A stretch of 63,137 nucleotides of DNA from an uncultured Eubacteriales bacterium. Lineage in GTDB: Bacteria > Actinomycetota > Coriobacteriia > Anaerosomatales > JAAXUF01. A program made the position numbers and the translations under genes. Below are positions 49,082 to 58,819 of this stretch, piece after piece; the stretch's first letter is position 1; every line of letters starts with the position of its first letter. The notes beneath the pieces are model-generated. The model was not told the origin of the DNA. It searched no databases and saw nothing but the letters and a program-made list of their open reading frames with translations. The DNA lies in the NCBI GenBank assembly GCA_964541225.1, contig CAZIPN010000009.1:1-63137 (forward strand), in the 5' to 3' direction.

Positions 49082-50560
49082 ATGGAATCTTCCACGGCAC
49101 CCCACAGTAATACGCAGAAGCAGCCCGAAAAGCGACACGTGCACCCCAACGCCATACTTGCGGTCCTCATGGTGGGCACGTTCCTGGCACCACTCGATTC
49201 CAGCATCGTGAACATAGCTTTGCCCAAGATCTCCACGCAGCTAGGTGCTCCGCTCTCATCGGTCTCGTGGGTTGCGGACGCCTACTTGCTCACGAGCGTC
49301 ACACTCCTGCTCTCGATGGGTCGGCTCGGCGACATGTGGGGACTGCGGAATCTCTACGTTGGGGGGCTGCTCATCTTCGGCGCAGGATCACTCGCCTGCG
49401 CATTCTCCCCGGTCCTCTCCGTTCTGGTGGCCTCTCGCGTGCTCCAAGCGAGTGGAGCTGCGATGCTGTTTGCCGCTGGCCCTGCCATGGTCGCTCGAAC
49501 GTTTCCCCCCAACAAACGGGGTACGGCACTCGGGATTATTTCGCTTGCGGTGGCAGCGGGTCTCACTGCTGGACCGGCTCTCGGAGGATTCCTGGTTGGC
49601 GCTTTTGGCTGGCCGAGCATCTTCTGGATCAACGTGCCTTTGTCGGTGATTGCCGCAGCCATTGCGTGGCGGACGCTCGTCAATGAGGAATCAATAGGAG
49701 AGAAATTCGATCTACTCGGGGCGGTACTTGCGGGCGGCGCTCTCCTGTCCCTGCTCGGCGCTCTGACCGAGGTGGAGAAATTCGGACCCGCGTCTGTGGA
49801 GATCCTAGGTGCTCTTGTTGTGTCCCTCGTGCTGGGGCTGTCGTTCATCTGGTGGGAGCGGCGTGTCACCCATCCAATGGCGGACTTGCGGCTGTTCAAG
49901 TCCGCTGGTTTCTCGGCAGGTTTGGCGTCGGCGCTGCTGTCCTATATGGCGATGTTCTCAGTGACGTTCACGATGCCTTTCTTCTTGCTCAGGGCCAGGG
50001 AGCTGCCCGAGATGGCAGCCGGCGCAGTGCTCACACTCCTGCCGCTCGCCATGGCGCTCTTGGCCCCATATGCAGGCCGACTCTCGGATCGCATTGGAAG
50101 TCGTGTGCTTTCGTCGGTCGGATTGCTCGTGCTGACGGCTGGACTGATCGTGGCGTCATTCACTGTGCAGTCGACACCGCTATGGTTTGTGGCGGGCTAC
50201 CTATTCGTTGTTGGAGCTGGAATGGCGATCTTCCAGACGCCGAACACGGCCGCGGTTCTTGGCGCGACACCGCGAGCTCGACATGGGGTCGGATCCGCGT
50301 TCATTGCTGTGGCGCGCAACGGCGGAATGGCGCTTGGCATCGCAATGACTGCGGGGATCGTTGGCTGGAGGATGGGTGCCGACGCAGCAGCGCTGACCCT
50401 CAAGACGCCCCTGTCGTCATCCGCCGCGACCAGCCTTGTTGCAGCGATGGCACTGGCGATGCGGATAGCGGCCGTGCTGGCGTTTGCCGGTGTAATCAGC
50501 TCGTGGTTCTTCCGTGGGAATGAGACTGGTAGCGTTGAGCGTCCGTCGCAGGGCGGCTAG
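49082..50560 (+). CDS. DHA2 (EmrB/QacA) family MFS transporter
   Basis: FLAPLDSSIVNIALP, GRLGDMWG, GPALGGFL, WPSIFWINVP, GRLSDRIG. Confidence 0.92.
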   Translation: MESSTAPHSNTQKQPEKRHVHPNAILAVLMVGTFLAPLDSSIVNIALPKISTQLGAPLSSVSWVADAYLLTSVTLLLSMGRLGDMWGLRNLYVGGLLIFGAGSLACAFSPVLSVLVASRVLQASGAAMLFAAGPAMVARTFPPNKRGTALGIISLAVAAGLTAGPALGGFLVGAFGWPSIFWINVPLSVIAAAIAWRTLVNEESIGEKFDLLGAVLAGGALLSLLGALTEVEKFGPASVEILGALVVSLVLGLSFIWWERRVTHPMADLRLFKSAGFSAGLASALLSYMAMFSVTFTMPFFLLRARELPEMAAGAVLTLLPLAMALLAPYAGRLSDRIGSRVLSSVGLLVLTAGLIVASFTVQSTPLWFVAGYLFVVGAGMAIFQTPNTAAVLGATPRARHGVGSAFIAVARNGGMALGIAMTAGIVGWRMGADAAALTLKTPLSSSAATSLVAAMALAMRIAAVLAFAGVISSWFFRGNETGSVERPSQGG

Positions 50561-50587
50561 ACTCTCGGCAGCCGAGAACGAGGAGGG

Positions 50588-51685
50588 GTGATGATCGACC
50601 AAGACGACACGTCTGTGCACGGAGCTCAGGAGCCCGAAGCGGCCGAACCGACGCCGACGTCCGTGGTTTCTTCGTCCTCGGCAGAAGAACCTGAAGGGCT
50701 CTTCGACTACGAGGATGCCAACACCCTCGCCGACACGCCCGAAAGCGAACAGGCGCAGCCCGTGGCCAACGACTACGTTGAGCTTCCAGAGGTGAGCGCG
50801 TTCGCCGAAGCGCCGGGCGAGCAGCCAAACGAGGCGCTTGAGGCGGCGGACGAACCGGGAATGCCGGGCGAGCAGCCCGCCGAATTGCCCTCTGAGCCGG
50901 AGACGGCGCAGCTTGCTTTCGGCGATGAAGCCGTCGATGCGGAGTCGGCGGGTGGGGCGACTGATGAGGCGGAGTACGAGCCGGCTGTCGAGTCTGGACA
51001 GACGGAGGATAGCGAGCCAGCCGCTGAAAGCGTGTTGGCAGAGGAGATGCCCGACGACTTGCGAGCAGTCAACGAGCTGCTCGATCGGCCAACCGCCGAG
51101 ATCATGGCGATCACCGCGGACACTCCCGGAAATATCGCAGAGGGCGGCCAAGGCGAGGCCGAGACGGAACCCGGGGCCGAGGGCGAACAGGCGGCCGTCG
51201 AAGGCGAAGCGGTAGAGGGCGAACAGGCGCCTGCTGAAGGTGAGCAGGTGGCGACGGCCCTGGATGACATCGAGCCGGGCACTGTGGCCGGCACGGAGAC
51301 AGATGCTGAACTCGGTGCGGAGGGTCTCGCCGAGGGACCCATCACGTCGGTGTCGTGGTGGCCATTCATAGGCTACATGGTGGCGTGGCTCGCGGTGGCT
51401 GGATTTGCGGTGTGGCAGATGGAGCAACTGCCTGCGGGCCAGGCCGCGTACGAATCCGACTTGTACAGCATCAGCATCCTTGCGGGCCTCGTGCTGCTTG
51501 GAATCGGACCCATTCTCTTGCTCATCGTGTGGCTGGCGTCGTGGATTGGGCGCAGCGGTGTACGCATCGGATCGCTGTTCATCTCGGCGCTCATCAAGGG
51601 TGCAACTGCAACGTTGTTTGGCGCGATAGTGTGGATTGGCGCGTTGATGCTAATTGACTACTTCAGGTTGGGACGCCCGTACTAG
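50588..51685 (+). CDS. hypothetical protein: long acidic low-complexity N-terminus + 3 C-terminal TM helices
   Basis: GAGGAGG RBS; E/A/P-rich ~250 aa, then hydrophobic segments. Confidence 0.75.
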   Translation: MMIDQDDTSVHGAQEPEAAEPTPTSVVSSSSAEEPEGLFDYEDANTLADTPESEQAQPVANDYVELPEVSAFAEAPGEQPNEALEAADEPGMPGEQPAELPSEPETAQLAFGDEAVDAESAGGATDEAEYEPAVESGQTEDSEPAAESVLAEEMPDDLRAVNELLDRPTAEIMAITADTPGNIAEGGQGEAETEPGAEGEQAAVEGEAVEGEQAPAEGEQVATALDDIEPGTVAGTETDAELGAEGLAEGPITSVSWWPFIGYMVAWLAVAGFAVWQMEQLPAGQAAYESDLYSISILAGLVLLGIGPILLLIVWLASWIGRSGVRIGSLFISALIKGATATLFGAIVWIGALMLIDYFRLGRPY

Positions 51686-51704
51686 CCCGGAGAGAGGGGC
51701 TTAT

Positions 51705-52649
51705 GTGACCGTCAAACCCGAAGAGGTCCGCGCCGCCGTACTCATGGGCGGCCGCTCCGCCGAGCGTGAGGTCTCGCTGAACAGCGGCCTCCAGGTCTCG
51801 CAGGCGCTGACGTCTGGGGGCTTCGATGTAGTAGAGATCGACACGGGCGACGATGAATTCGTGGCGACTCTCGCGGGAACTCAGGCCGATGTTGCCTTCA
51901 TCTGTCTGCACGGCCGATTTGGCGAAGACGGGACGGTGCAGGGTCTGTGTGAGTTGCTGGGACTCCCGTACGTGGGGTCGGGTGTGCTCGCGAGTGCGCT
52001 TGCGATGGACAAGGTGAAGAGCAAGCAGTTCTTCGTGCATGCGGGTCTTGCCACGCCTGACTTCGCGGTGCTTCGACGCGGCGCACTGTTTGAGATCAAC
52101 GAACTGGTCACTTCGCTCGGCAAGAAGACAGTGGTCAAGCCGGCGAGCGAGGGATCGAGCGTCGGGATGACGATCGTGCACTCGGCCGACGAACTGCCGG
52201 CGGCCATCGAGAAAGCGTTCGAGTACGATCGTATCGTGATCGTCGAGAGTTTCATCGAAGGCACGGAAGTTACCGTCGCTGTTCTCGGCAATGATGAACT
52301 CGTGGCGCTGCCGACTCTGGAGATCGATCCCGAACACGAATTCTACGACTACGACTCGAAGTACGTTGAGGGGATGAGTCGGCACATCATTCCAGCGCGT
52401 GTGAGCGAGGCAACGCGCGATGAATGCCAGAGGCTGGCGATCGCGGCGCATCGGCTTCTGGGATGTCGCGGGCTCTCGCGTTCCGACACGATTGTTGACG
52501 AGGACGGCTCGGTGTGGCTGCTCGAGACCAACACGATTCCGGGCATGACCTCCACGTCATTAGTGCCTGACGCGGCTCGAGCGGCTGGCATCGAGTTCCC
52601 CGAACTGTGCCGCATGCTTGTGGAGTTCGCGCTGACGCCTGAGATGTGA
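51705..52649 (+). CDS. ddl: D-alanine--D-alanine ligase
   Basis: GGRSAEREVSL, LHGRFGEDG, EGSSVG, FYDYDSKY, LETNTIPGMT. Confidence 0.96.
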   Translation: MTVKPEEVRAAVLMGGRSAEREVSLNSGLQVSQALTSGGFDVVEIDTGDDEFVATLAGTQADVAFICLHGRFGEDGTVQGLCELLGLPYVGSGVLASALAMDKVKSKQFFVHAGLATPDFAVLRRGALFEINELVTSLGKKTVVKPASEGSSVGMTIVHSADELPAAIEKAFEYDRIVIVESFIEGTEVTVAVLGNDELVALPTLEIDPEHEFYDYDSKYVEGMSRHIIPARVSEATRDECQRLAIAAHRLLGCRGLSRSDTIVDEDGSVWLLETNTIPGMTSTSLVPDAARAAGIEFPELCRMLVEFALTPEM

Positions 52650-52669
52650 GGCTGCCTTCGCAGGTGCCG

Positions 52670-53398
52670 TCAGGTCTGGGGGGACTGTTTGGCGGGTAGC
52701 TCAACGCGAATCACGGTGCCTCCACCCTCACGGTCAACGATCTGAACGTGACCATCGTGTGCTGCGATGACGTTCTTGACGACCGCGAGACCGAGACCAC
52801 TTCCGGGGGTGGACTGATCGCGCTGGAGGCGTTCGAAGGGCTCGAAGATCCTTTCGCGCATGTCGGCCGGAATGCCCGGGCCGCGGTCCGAAATCTCGAT
52901 CAGAGCGGCGTCGCCCAGAAACGGCCGAACCTCGCGTGCGACCCGTACGTCGATTGGCAAGTCGCCCGGCGAATACTTCGCTGCATTGCCGATGAGGTTG
53001 CCGAGCACCCTCGAGAGCGCTTGTCCGTCCCCGATGACGACGAGATCCTCGGCACCGGGCTCGAGGCGAAGGCGAACGTCGCGACTGGTTGCGGAGTGCT
53101 GATCGACCACGGTTTGCTGGGCGAGTTCGGCGACTGACACGGGCTCGCTCACGCGAGCTCGCGGCGATGCCGGCGGGCGTCCCTCAAGCGCATCGCCACA
53201 CAACGAGTCAGCGCGAGCGATAGCGCGCTCGATGCCGTCGAGAGCGGCGGTTTGTTCGCGTTCGCCGAGCGGATGGCGCAGCAGTGCCGCGTACCCGGCG
53301 ATAACGGTGAGCGTGCCGCGGAGTTCGTGGGCGAAGAGAGCGATGTCGGCATGGCTCATGTCACGCGACCTCACGTGGCCGCGAGGGTGTTCAGTCAA
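52670..53398 (-). CDS. histidine kinase without sensor domain (HisKA + HATPase_c)
   Basis: AHELRGTL, NLIGNAAKYS, DRGPGI, FEPF, GSGLGL. Confidence 0.88.
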   Translation of the reverse strand: MTEHPRGHVRSRDMSHADIALFAHELRGTLTVIAGYAALLRHPLGEREQTAALDGIERAIARADSLCGDALEGRPPASPRARVSEPVSVAELAQQTVVDQHSATSRDVRLRLEPGAEDLVVIGDGQALSRVLGNLIGNAAKYSPGDLPIDVRVAREVRPFLGDAALIEISDRGPGIPADMRERIFEPFERLQRDQSTPGSGLGLAVVKNVIAAHDGHVQIVDREGGGTVIRVELPAKQSPQT

Positions 53399-53410
53399 GA
53401 CTGCCCCCTA

Positions 53411-56266
53411 CTAGGCGCCGCTTGGAACGCGACGGCGTGCGAGCTTGGAAGCGTCCATCACCACGATTGCGAGCAGTCCGGCCGCGAGCACCGCAGCCCA
53501 CTGAGTTGCCGAGAGAGGTGCCGTCTTAAAGATCGCGGAAAGCACCGGCACATAGATGATAGTCGCTTGCAACGACATCGATCCTACCAGAGAGAGGACC
53601 AGCCAGCGGTTGTCGAGCGAACGCACACGCCACACAGAACTGTCTGCGCTTCGAAAATCGAATGCGTGAAGCAACTGCGTGAGCACGAGTGCGGTGAACA
53701 GCATCGTACGCGCGGCTGCTGGAGTCGTGCCTGGAATTGCGGGTGCTACCAGGTAGTACAGGCCGAGGGCGGCCAGCGTCATCACCAGACCCTGCCACGC
53801 GAGCTGTGCCAGGCGGCCTGCTGAAAGGATCGACTCGGCCGCGTTTCTTGGCGGGCGACTCATGACGCCTGGTTCGCTCGGATCGACCCCCAGAGCGAGT
53901 GCCGGCAGTCCGTCGGTGACGAGATTGATCCACAGAAGCTGAAGCGGGAGCAGGGTTGCGACGGGGGAGATCAGCGCGGTCGTGAAGACGACGAGCACTT
54001 CGCTTATGTTGCAGGAGAGAAGGAACAAGATCACCTTGCGCAGGTTGTCATAGACCGTGCGGCCAAACTCGACTGCGTGCACGATCGTGGCGAAGTTGTC
54101 GTCGGCCAGGACAAGATCGCTTGCGTCGCGAGCCACATCTGTGCCGACGCGACCCATGGCCACGCCAATGTCGGCGCGTTTGAGCGCCGGAGCATCGTTG
54201 ACGCCATCGCCCGTCATCGCAACGACTTCGCCGAGCCGTTTGAGCGCTTGCACGATGCGCAACTTGTGCTCGGGGTCGACGCGTGCGTAGACGCGGGTTT
54301 CGCGCGCTACAGCGGTGAGGTCGTCGTCGCTCATTGCCTCGAGTTCGGCGCCGGTGATGACGCGGGGTGGCGAGCTGGCCTCGACACGCGGGCTCGTTGC
54401 GGGCTGTGTGCTTGAGGAGTCGGCGAGCAGTCCGACATCGCGCGCAATCGCTCGCGCGGTGAGCGCATGGTCGCCCGTGATCATAGCGACGCTGATTCCG
54501 GCGCGGCGACACTCGGCGATGGCAGCGGGCACTTCGGCGCGCGGCGGGTCGACGAGGCCGAGGATACCGACGTACGTGAGGTCGCGCTCGACTTCGCCGG
54601 GGGTCGGCGCGCCTGCGGCTGTCTCGGCCGGCGCCAGCTCTCGCAATGCGAACGCGAGCGTACGGTAGCCGGACTCGGCGAGTGAGGTGTTCTCGGCGTG
54701 GACTTGCGCGAGGAGCTCCTCGTCGAGCGGCACCGTCTCGCCGCGAACGAGGGCACGGCTGCACAGCGCCAGCACTACGTCCGCGCCACCTTTGGTGAAC
54801 GCGACGCGCTTCCCGTCGACATCATGAATGGTGGTCATGCGCTTGCGCTGCGAGTCAAACGGCAGCTCGTCGACACGCGGTGGCGCGCGGTGCCCAGGAG
54901 CTAGGTTCTCGGCGGCAACAAGTAGCGCGGTTTCGGTCGGATCGCCGAGAAGCTTGCCCTCGGCGCCGATACGGGCGTCGTTGTTCGCGGCGGCCATCTC
55001 GAGCAGCAGCGAGAAATCGGCCTGATGCGGGGTGGCGGCGCCCGCATCGACCCGCGCGTCCTCCGATATGCTTGCGGCGTCCAGCCCCACAACCATGCGC
55101 CGAACCGCCATCTCGTTTCGCGTGAGCGTGCCGGTCTTGTCGGTACAGATGAACGTGGTTGAGCCGAGCGTTTCTACCGCGTGGAGACGGCGCACGATGG
55201 CATTGCGTTCGGCCATCTTTCGGACCCCGAGCGAAAGTGCGACCGTCACAATGGCGGGCAAGCCCTCGGGGATGGCGGCGACAGCCAGCGAGACCGCGAT
55301 GAGCAGGCTGCTTGCGAGCGCCGAGCGAAATGCGGCGTCGGCGAAGGCCGCCGACAGACTCGTCTCATGCAGCAAACGTAGCGCGACGAGCGCTTCCTCG
55401 GCGAAGATGACCGCCGCGATGACAAGCACGATCACCGCGATACGCTTGCCGACGCGGTCGAGCTCAAGCTGCAGCGGCGTCTGCTTCTCGGGCGCCTCGG
55501 CGAGCATATCGGCGATGCGGCCCATTTGCGTCGCCTGACCAGTCGCCGTCACGACGAACCGTCCCCGCCCGACGGCTACGGCAGTGCCCGCGAAGACCAT
55601 CCCGGCTTGCTCGCCGAGAGCAGCCCCCGGTTCGGTGATGACGCTCGCGTCCTTCAGGGCTGCCTCGCTCTCGCCGGTAAGCGCGGATTCGACAAGACGC
55701 AGCGCCGCGGCTTCGATGAGGCGCCCGTCGGCGGGGATCGAGTCGCCTGCCTCGAGCAGCACGATGTCGCCGGGCACGAGTTGCTCGGCGGGAATGTCGG
55801 CCTCGACGCCGTCGCGCACAACCGTCGCCAGCGGTGCCGAGAGCTGCTTGAGCGCTGCGAGTGCGCCTTGCGCGCGCGACTCCTGCACGAAGCCGAGCAC
55901 GCCATTGAGCAGCAGGATTGCGAGGATGGCGAGGGCTTCGATGACGTCGCCCTGCCACGCAGCGATGGCCACTGCGACGAGTAGGACGTAGATCATGAAG
56001 TCGGCGAACTGGCGTACGAAGATCTTCCACGCCGGCGTCGCCTGTTCTTCTCGGAGGCGATTCGGCCCTATGCGCTCAAGACGCTCGGCAGCCGCGGCTG
56101 CCGGAAGCCCGTGCGCGGAATCCGTCGCGAGCGAAGAAACGACGTCGGTGACCGGAAGGGTGTACGGCGCCGGCTGCAGCGTCTCGGCGGGCACGGGGGA
56201 GGCCGACCCCGACGCTTCGGGCGCGCGGGTGGCGGATTCGGCGCTCTCGTCGGCGGGTGTTGGCAT
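53411..56266 (-). CDS. cation-translocating P-type ATPase, P2A (Ca2+/Mn2+, YoaB-like)
   Basis: TGES, IPEGLP, DKTGTLT, MITGD, TGDGVND, WINLVTDGLPALAL. Confidence 0.95.
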   Translation of the reverse strand: MPTPADESAESATRAPEASGSASPVPAETLQPAPYTLPVTDVVSSLATDSAHGLPAAAAAERLERIGPNRLREEQATPAWKIFVRQFADFMIYVLLVAVAIAAWQGDVIEALAILAILLLNGVLGFVQESRAQGALAALKQLSAPLATVVRDGVEADIPAEQLVPGDIVLLEAGDSIPADGRLIEAAALRLVESALTGESEAALKDASVITEPGAALGEQAGMVFAGTAVAVGRGRFVVTATGQATQMGRIADMLAEAPEKQTPLQLELDRVGKRIAVIVLVIAAVIFAEEALVALRLLHETSLSAAFADAAFRSALASSLLIAVSLAVAAIPEGLPAIVTVALSLGVRKMAERNAIVRRLHAVETLGSTTFICTDKTGTLTRNEMAVRRMVVGLDAASISEDARVDAGAATPHQADFSLLLEMAAANNDARIGAEGKLLGDPTETALLVAAENLAPGHRAPPRVDELPFDSQRKRMTTIHDVDGKRVAFTKGGADVVLALCSRALVRGETVPLDEELLAQVHAENTSLAESGYRTLAFALRELAPAETAAGAPTPGEVERDLTYVGILGLVDPPRAEVPAAIAECRRAGISVAMITGDHALTARAIARDVGLLADSSSTQPATSPRVEASSPPRVITGAELEAMSDDDLTAVARETRVYARVDPEHKLRIVQALKRLGEVVAMTGDGVNDAPALKRADIGVAMGRVGTDVARDASDLVLADDNFATIVHAVEFGRTVYDNLRKVILFLLSCNISEVLVVFTTALISPVATLLPLQLLWINLVTDGLPALALGVDPSEPGVMSRPPRNAAESILSAGRLAQLAWQGLVMTLAALGLYYLVAPAIPGTTPAAARTMLFTALVLTQLLHAFDFRSADSSVWRVRSLDNRWLVLSLVGSMSLQATIIYVPVLSAIFKTAPLSATQWAAVLAAGLLAIVVMDASKLARRRVPSGA

Positions 56267-56307
56267 GCGCGGTCCCTTCTCGGCGGGTCACGGAGGTGCG
56301 GTGCACC

Positions 56308-56405
56308 GCCGAGAGTCTCGCTGCTCAGGGCAGAACCGGGGCGCGAGCCCGGGGCTGTCGGCCTGCCTCCTCAGCGCTGCAACTGAGGCGCTACTCCCTC
56401 TCGAC
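56308..56405 (-). promoter_or_regulatory. yybP-ykoY (Mn2+-sensing) riboswitch
   Basis: Minus strand GTCGAGAGGGAGTAGCG...GCCGACA...GCGAGACTCTCGGC has the family hallmarks GGGAGUAG and GAGAC with a closing P1; upstream of a P2A ATPase; extended -10 TGcTAGCAT at 56414-56422. Confidence 0.8.
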
Positions 56406-56478
56406 AGATTCGAATGCTAGCAGAATGACCGGCCAAAGTGATCCGTGTCACAATCCTCACCCACTTGCTCATCATTGC

Positions 56479-56508
56479 TTGACGGGTGTCGCAGAACAGG
56501 AGTAGTAT
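56479..56508 (+). promoter_or_regulatory. feoAB promoter
   Basis: TTGACG-18 nt-TAGTAT. Confidence 0.65.
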
Positions 56509-56522
56509 TCAGGCAGGCCATG

Positions 56523-56540
56523 ACTTAGCCGATACTAAGT
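56523..56540. promoter_or_regulatory. DtxR/MntR/SirR-type operator
   Basis: Palindrome ACTTAG-CCGATA-CTAAGT (TTAG-N6-CTAA) just downstream of the feo promoter. Confidence 0.65.
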
Positions 56541-56600
56541 ATCGCCGGTAGGAAGCTCGTTTGCCGCACAGAGGCTCTAGGAAATCGGAAGGAGCACGTC

Positions 56601-56891
56601 TTGAGCGACACTCGCAAGAACCTCACCGACGACGTCGCCGATTCCGAGGCTCTATCCGCGTGCGAAACCTGCACCCTGGACTGCATCCGCAAAGGGGAGA
56701 AGATCGAGATCGTGTCGGTCAACCACCCTGACGCGCGGATGCAGGCTTTGCGTTTTGGCATGGCAGAAGGCGCAAATGTGGAGTGCGTGACCAAGATCCC
56801 CGCGGGCCCGCTGGTCATCAGAAGCGGTCGGCAGGAGATCGCCGTCGGACGTTCCCTCGCGAAGCGAATCAACGTCCGCAGGCTTGCGTAG
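56601..56891 (+). CDS. feoA: FeoA family protein
   Basis: QALRFGMAEGANV, GPLVIR, EIAVGRSLAKRI; AAGGAG RBS. Confidence 0.9.
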   Translation: MSDTRKNLTDDVADSEALSACETCTLDCIRKGEKIEIVSVNHPDARMQALRFGMAEGANVECVTKIPAGPLVIRSGRQEIAVGRSLAKRINVRRLA

Positions 56892-56959
56892 GGCGGTATT
56901 CGCCATACTGGTGCGAGGATGCGCCACCGCTTGCCAGCTCGATCGGGAGGAACCTCTTC

Positions 56960-58816
56960 ATGAGTGATGCTCATTGCCACTCGGCAGCGGGCACCGAAGC
57001 ACGTCCTGAGTGCGAGACCATCGTTCTCGCAGGCAATCCCAATGTCGGCAAGTCCGTGGTGTTCAACGCCATGACCGGGACCTACGTCGATGTCAGCAAC
57101 TTCCCTGGGACCACCGTTGAGCTCACGCGCGGACGTTTTGGCGAGCACGACCTGATCGACACACCGGGCGTATACGGCGTCAGCTCCTTCAACGATGAAG
57201 AGACTGTCGCGCGTGATGTCATTCTCGACGGCGACATCGTTGTCAACATCGTTGATGCCGTTCATCTGGAGCGAGATCTCTTCCTCACGCTGCAACTTGT
57301 GGACATGGGCAAGCGAATGATCGTCGCGCTGAATATGGCCGACGAAGCCCGAAAACAGGGCGTAGGCGTCGACCGGGACCTGCTCGAGGACCTGCTCGGC
57401 GTGCCGGTGATCGAGACCGTAGCGACCGAGGGCAAGGGACTTGAGGAGCTGCAGGCCTCACTGTTGCGAGCGCGGCACGGCCACGCGGATGTTGAACTCG
57501 AGAATGACCTGGTTGAAATGGCGTCGCGCGTAGGGTCGCGAGCCGACGCGCTCATGGTGCTTGAGGGCGATGAGGCGGTCAGCAAGCGACACGGAATCGA
57601 GCCAGGCACGATGCGCGATGAGATCTACGTGCGCCGACGTCATCGGGTCAACGACATCTGCGGGCACGTCGTTTCCGAGACGATCACCGGCGCGCGGTTC
57701 TCGGCGAAGCTGTCACACGCGATGATGCATCCCGCGACGGGCATTCCGATGTTGCTCGTGCTGTTGGCGGCGATCTACGTTGTCTTTGGGCAGTGGGTGG
57801 CCGGTGGCTTTGTCGGCTTCTTGCAGGGTGACGTCATGGAGCGCTACTTCACTCCGTGGGTCCAAGGTCTGGTTGCGCATGTGTTCGCGCCGGGCTCGGC
57901 GATCTATGACCTTCTTGCGGGGCAATTCGGTGTGTTGACCATGACGCCGTCGACGCTGATCGGCGTGATGCTGCCGCTGGTTACGGGTTTCTACCTGTTG
58001 CTCGCGTTTCTCGAAGACACGGGCTACCTGCCGAGAATCGCCGCCCTCACAGATCGTTCGCTCACCTCGCTCGGGCTAAACGGTCGCGCCGTCATCCCGC
58101 TGATTCTCGGACTGGGGTGCGTCACGATGGCGACGCTGAGCACGCGGATTCTGGGCAGCAGGCGAGAGCGCTTCATCGCCACCGCGCTGATGGCGGTGGC
58201 AGTTCCCTGTTCTGCACAGCTCGGGATCGTGGCCGCGCTGATGGCGACAGCGTCGCCGATCTACACGGCTGCGTACTTTGCGGCGCTGCTTGCGGTGTTT
58301 GTGACGCTGGGCACGCTACTCAACCGGCTGGTTCCAGGGCAATCGACTGACTTGCTCATCGACCTTCCGCCCTTGCGGTTTCCGCGCGTAAGCAACGTGG
58401 CGCGCAAGACAGGCACCAAGGTGTGGGCTTTCATGACCGAGGTGACCATCTTCTTCGTGGGAGGCACGCTCTTTCTCGGCGTGCTGCAAGTGAGCGGTGG
58501 GCTTGACTGGATCATCCAGGTTGCGCGACCGCTCGTGCATGGCTGGCTGGGTCTGCCTCCGCAGGCCGCAACGGCCTTCGTGATGGGCATCATTCGCCGA
58601 GATTTCGGTGCGGCCGGATTCTTCACGATGAAGCTCAGTGATCCGCAGCTCCTGGTTTCGATGGTCACGATCACGCTGTTCGTGCCATGCATCGCCTCGA
58701 CGATGGTCGTGCTCAAGGAGCGCGGTTGGGCATACATGTTGGGGCTGTTCGCGGGATCCATGACACTCGCGTTTGTGCTCGGCGGGATCATCGCGCACAT
58801 CCTGCGGATCGCGTAG
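56960..58816 (+). CDS. feoB: ferrous iron transporter B
   Basis: GNPNVGKS, NFPGTTV, DTPG, NMAD, LEDTGYLPR, GLGC, VPCSAQ, LFVPC. Confidence 0.95.
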   Translation: MSDAHCHSAAGTEARPECETIVLAGNPNVGKSVVFNAMTGTYVDVSNFPGTTVELTRGRFGEHDLIDTPGVYGVSSFNDEETVARDVILDGDIVVNIVDAVHLERDLFLTLQLVDMGKRMIVALNMADEARKQGVGVDRDLLEDLLGVPVIETVATEGKGLEELQASLLRARHGHADVELENDLVEMASRVGSRADALMVLEGDEAVSKRHGIEPGTMRDEIYVRRRHRVNDICGHVVSETITGARFSAKLSHAMMHPATGIPMLLVLLAAIYVVFGQWVAGGFVGFLQGDVMERYFTPWVQGLVAHVFAPGSAIYDLLAGQFGVLTMTPSTLIGVMLPLVTGFYLLLAFLEDTGYLPRIAALTDRSLTSLGLNGRAVIPLILGLGCVTMATLSTRILGSRRERFIATALMAVAVPCSAQLGIVAALMATASPIYTAAYFAALLAVFVTLGTLLNRLVPGQSTDLLIDLPPLRFPRVSNVARKTGTKVWAFMTEVTIFFVGGTLFLGVLQVSGGLDWIIQVARPLVHGWLGLPPQAATAFVMGIIRRDFGAAGFFTMKLSDPQLLVSMVTITLFVPCIASTMVVLKERGWAYMLGLFAGSMTLAFVLGGIIAHILRIA

Positions 58817-58819
58817 GGG

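Noticed and set aside
51705..52649. Van-type D-Ala-D-Lac ligase
   Set aside because: The omega loop has Tyr (DYDSKY), typical of D-Ala-D-Ala ligases, and no vanH or vanX is nearby.
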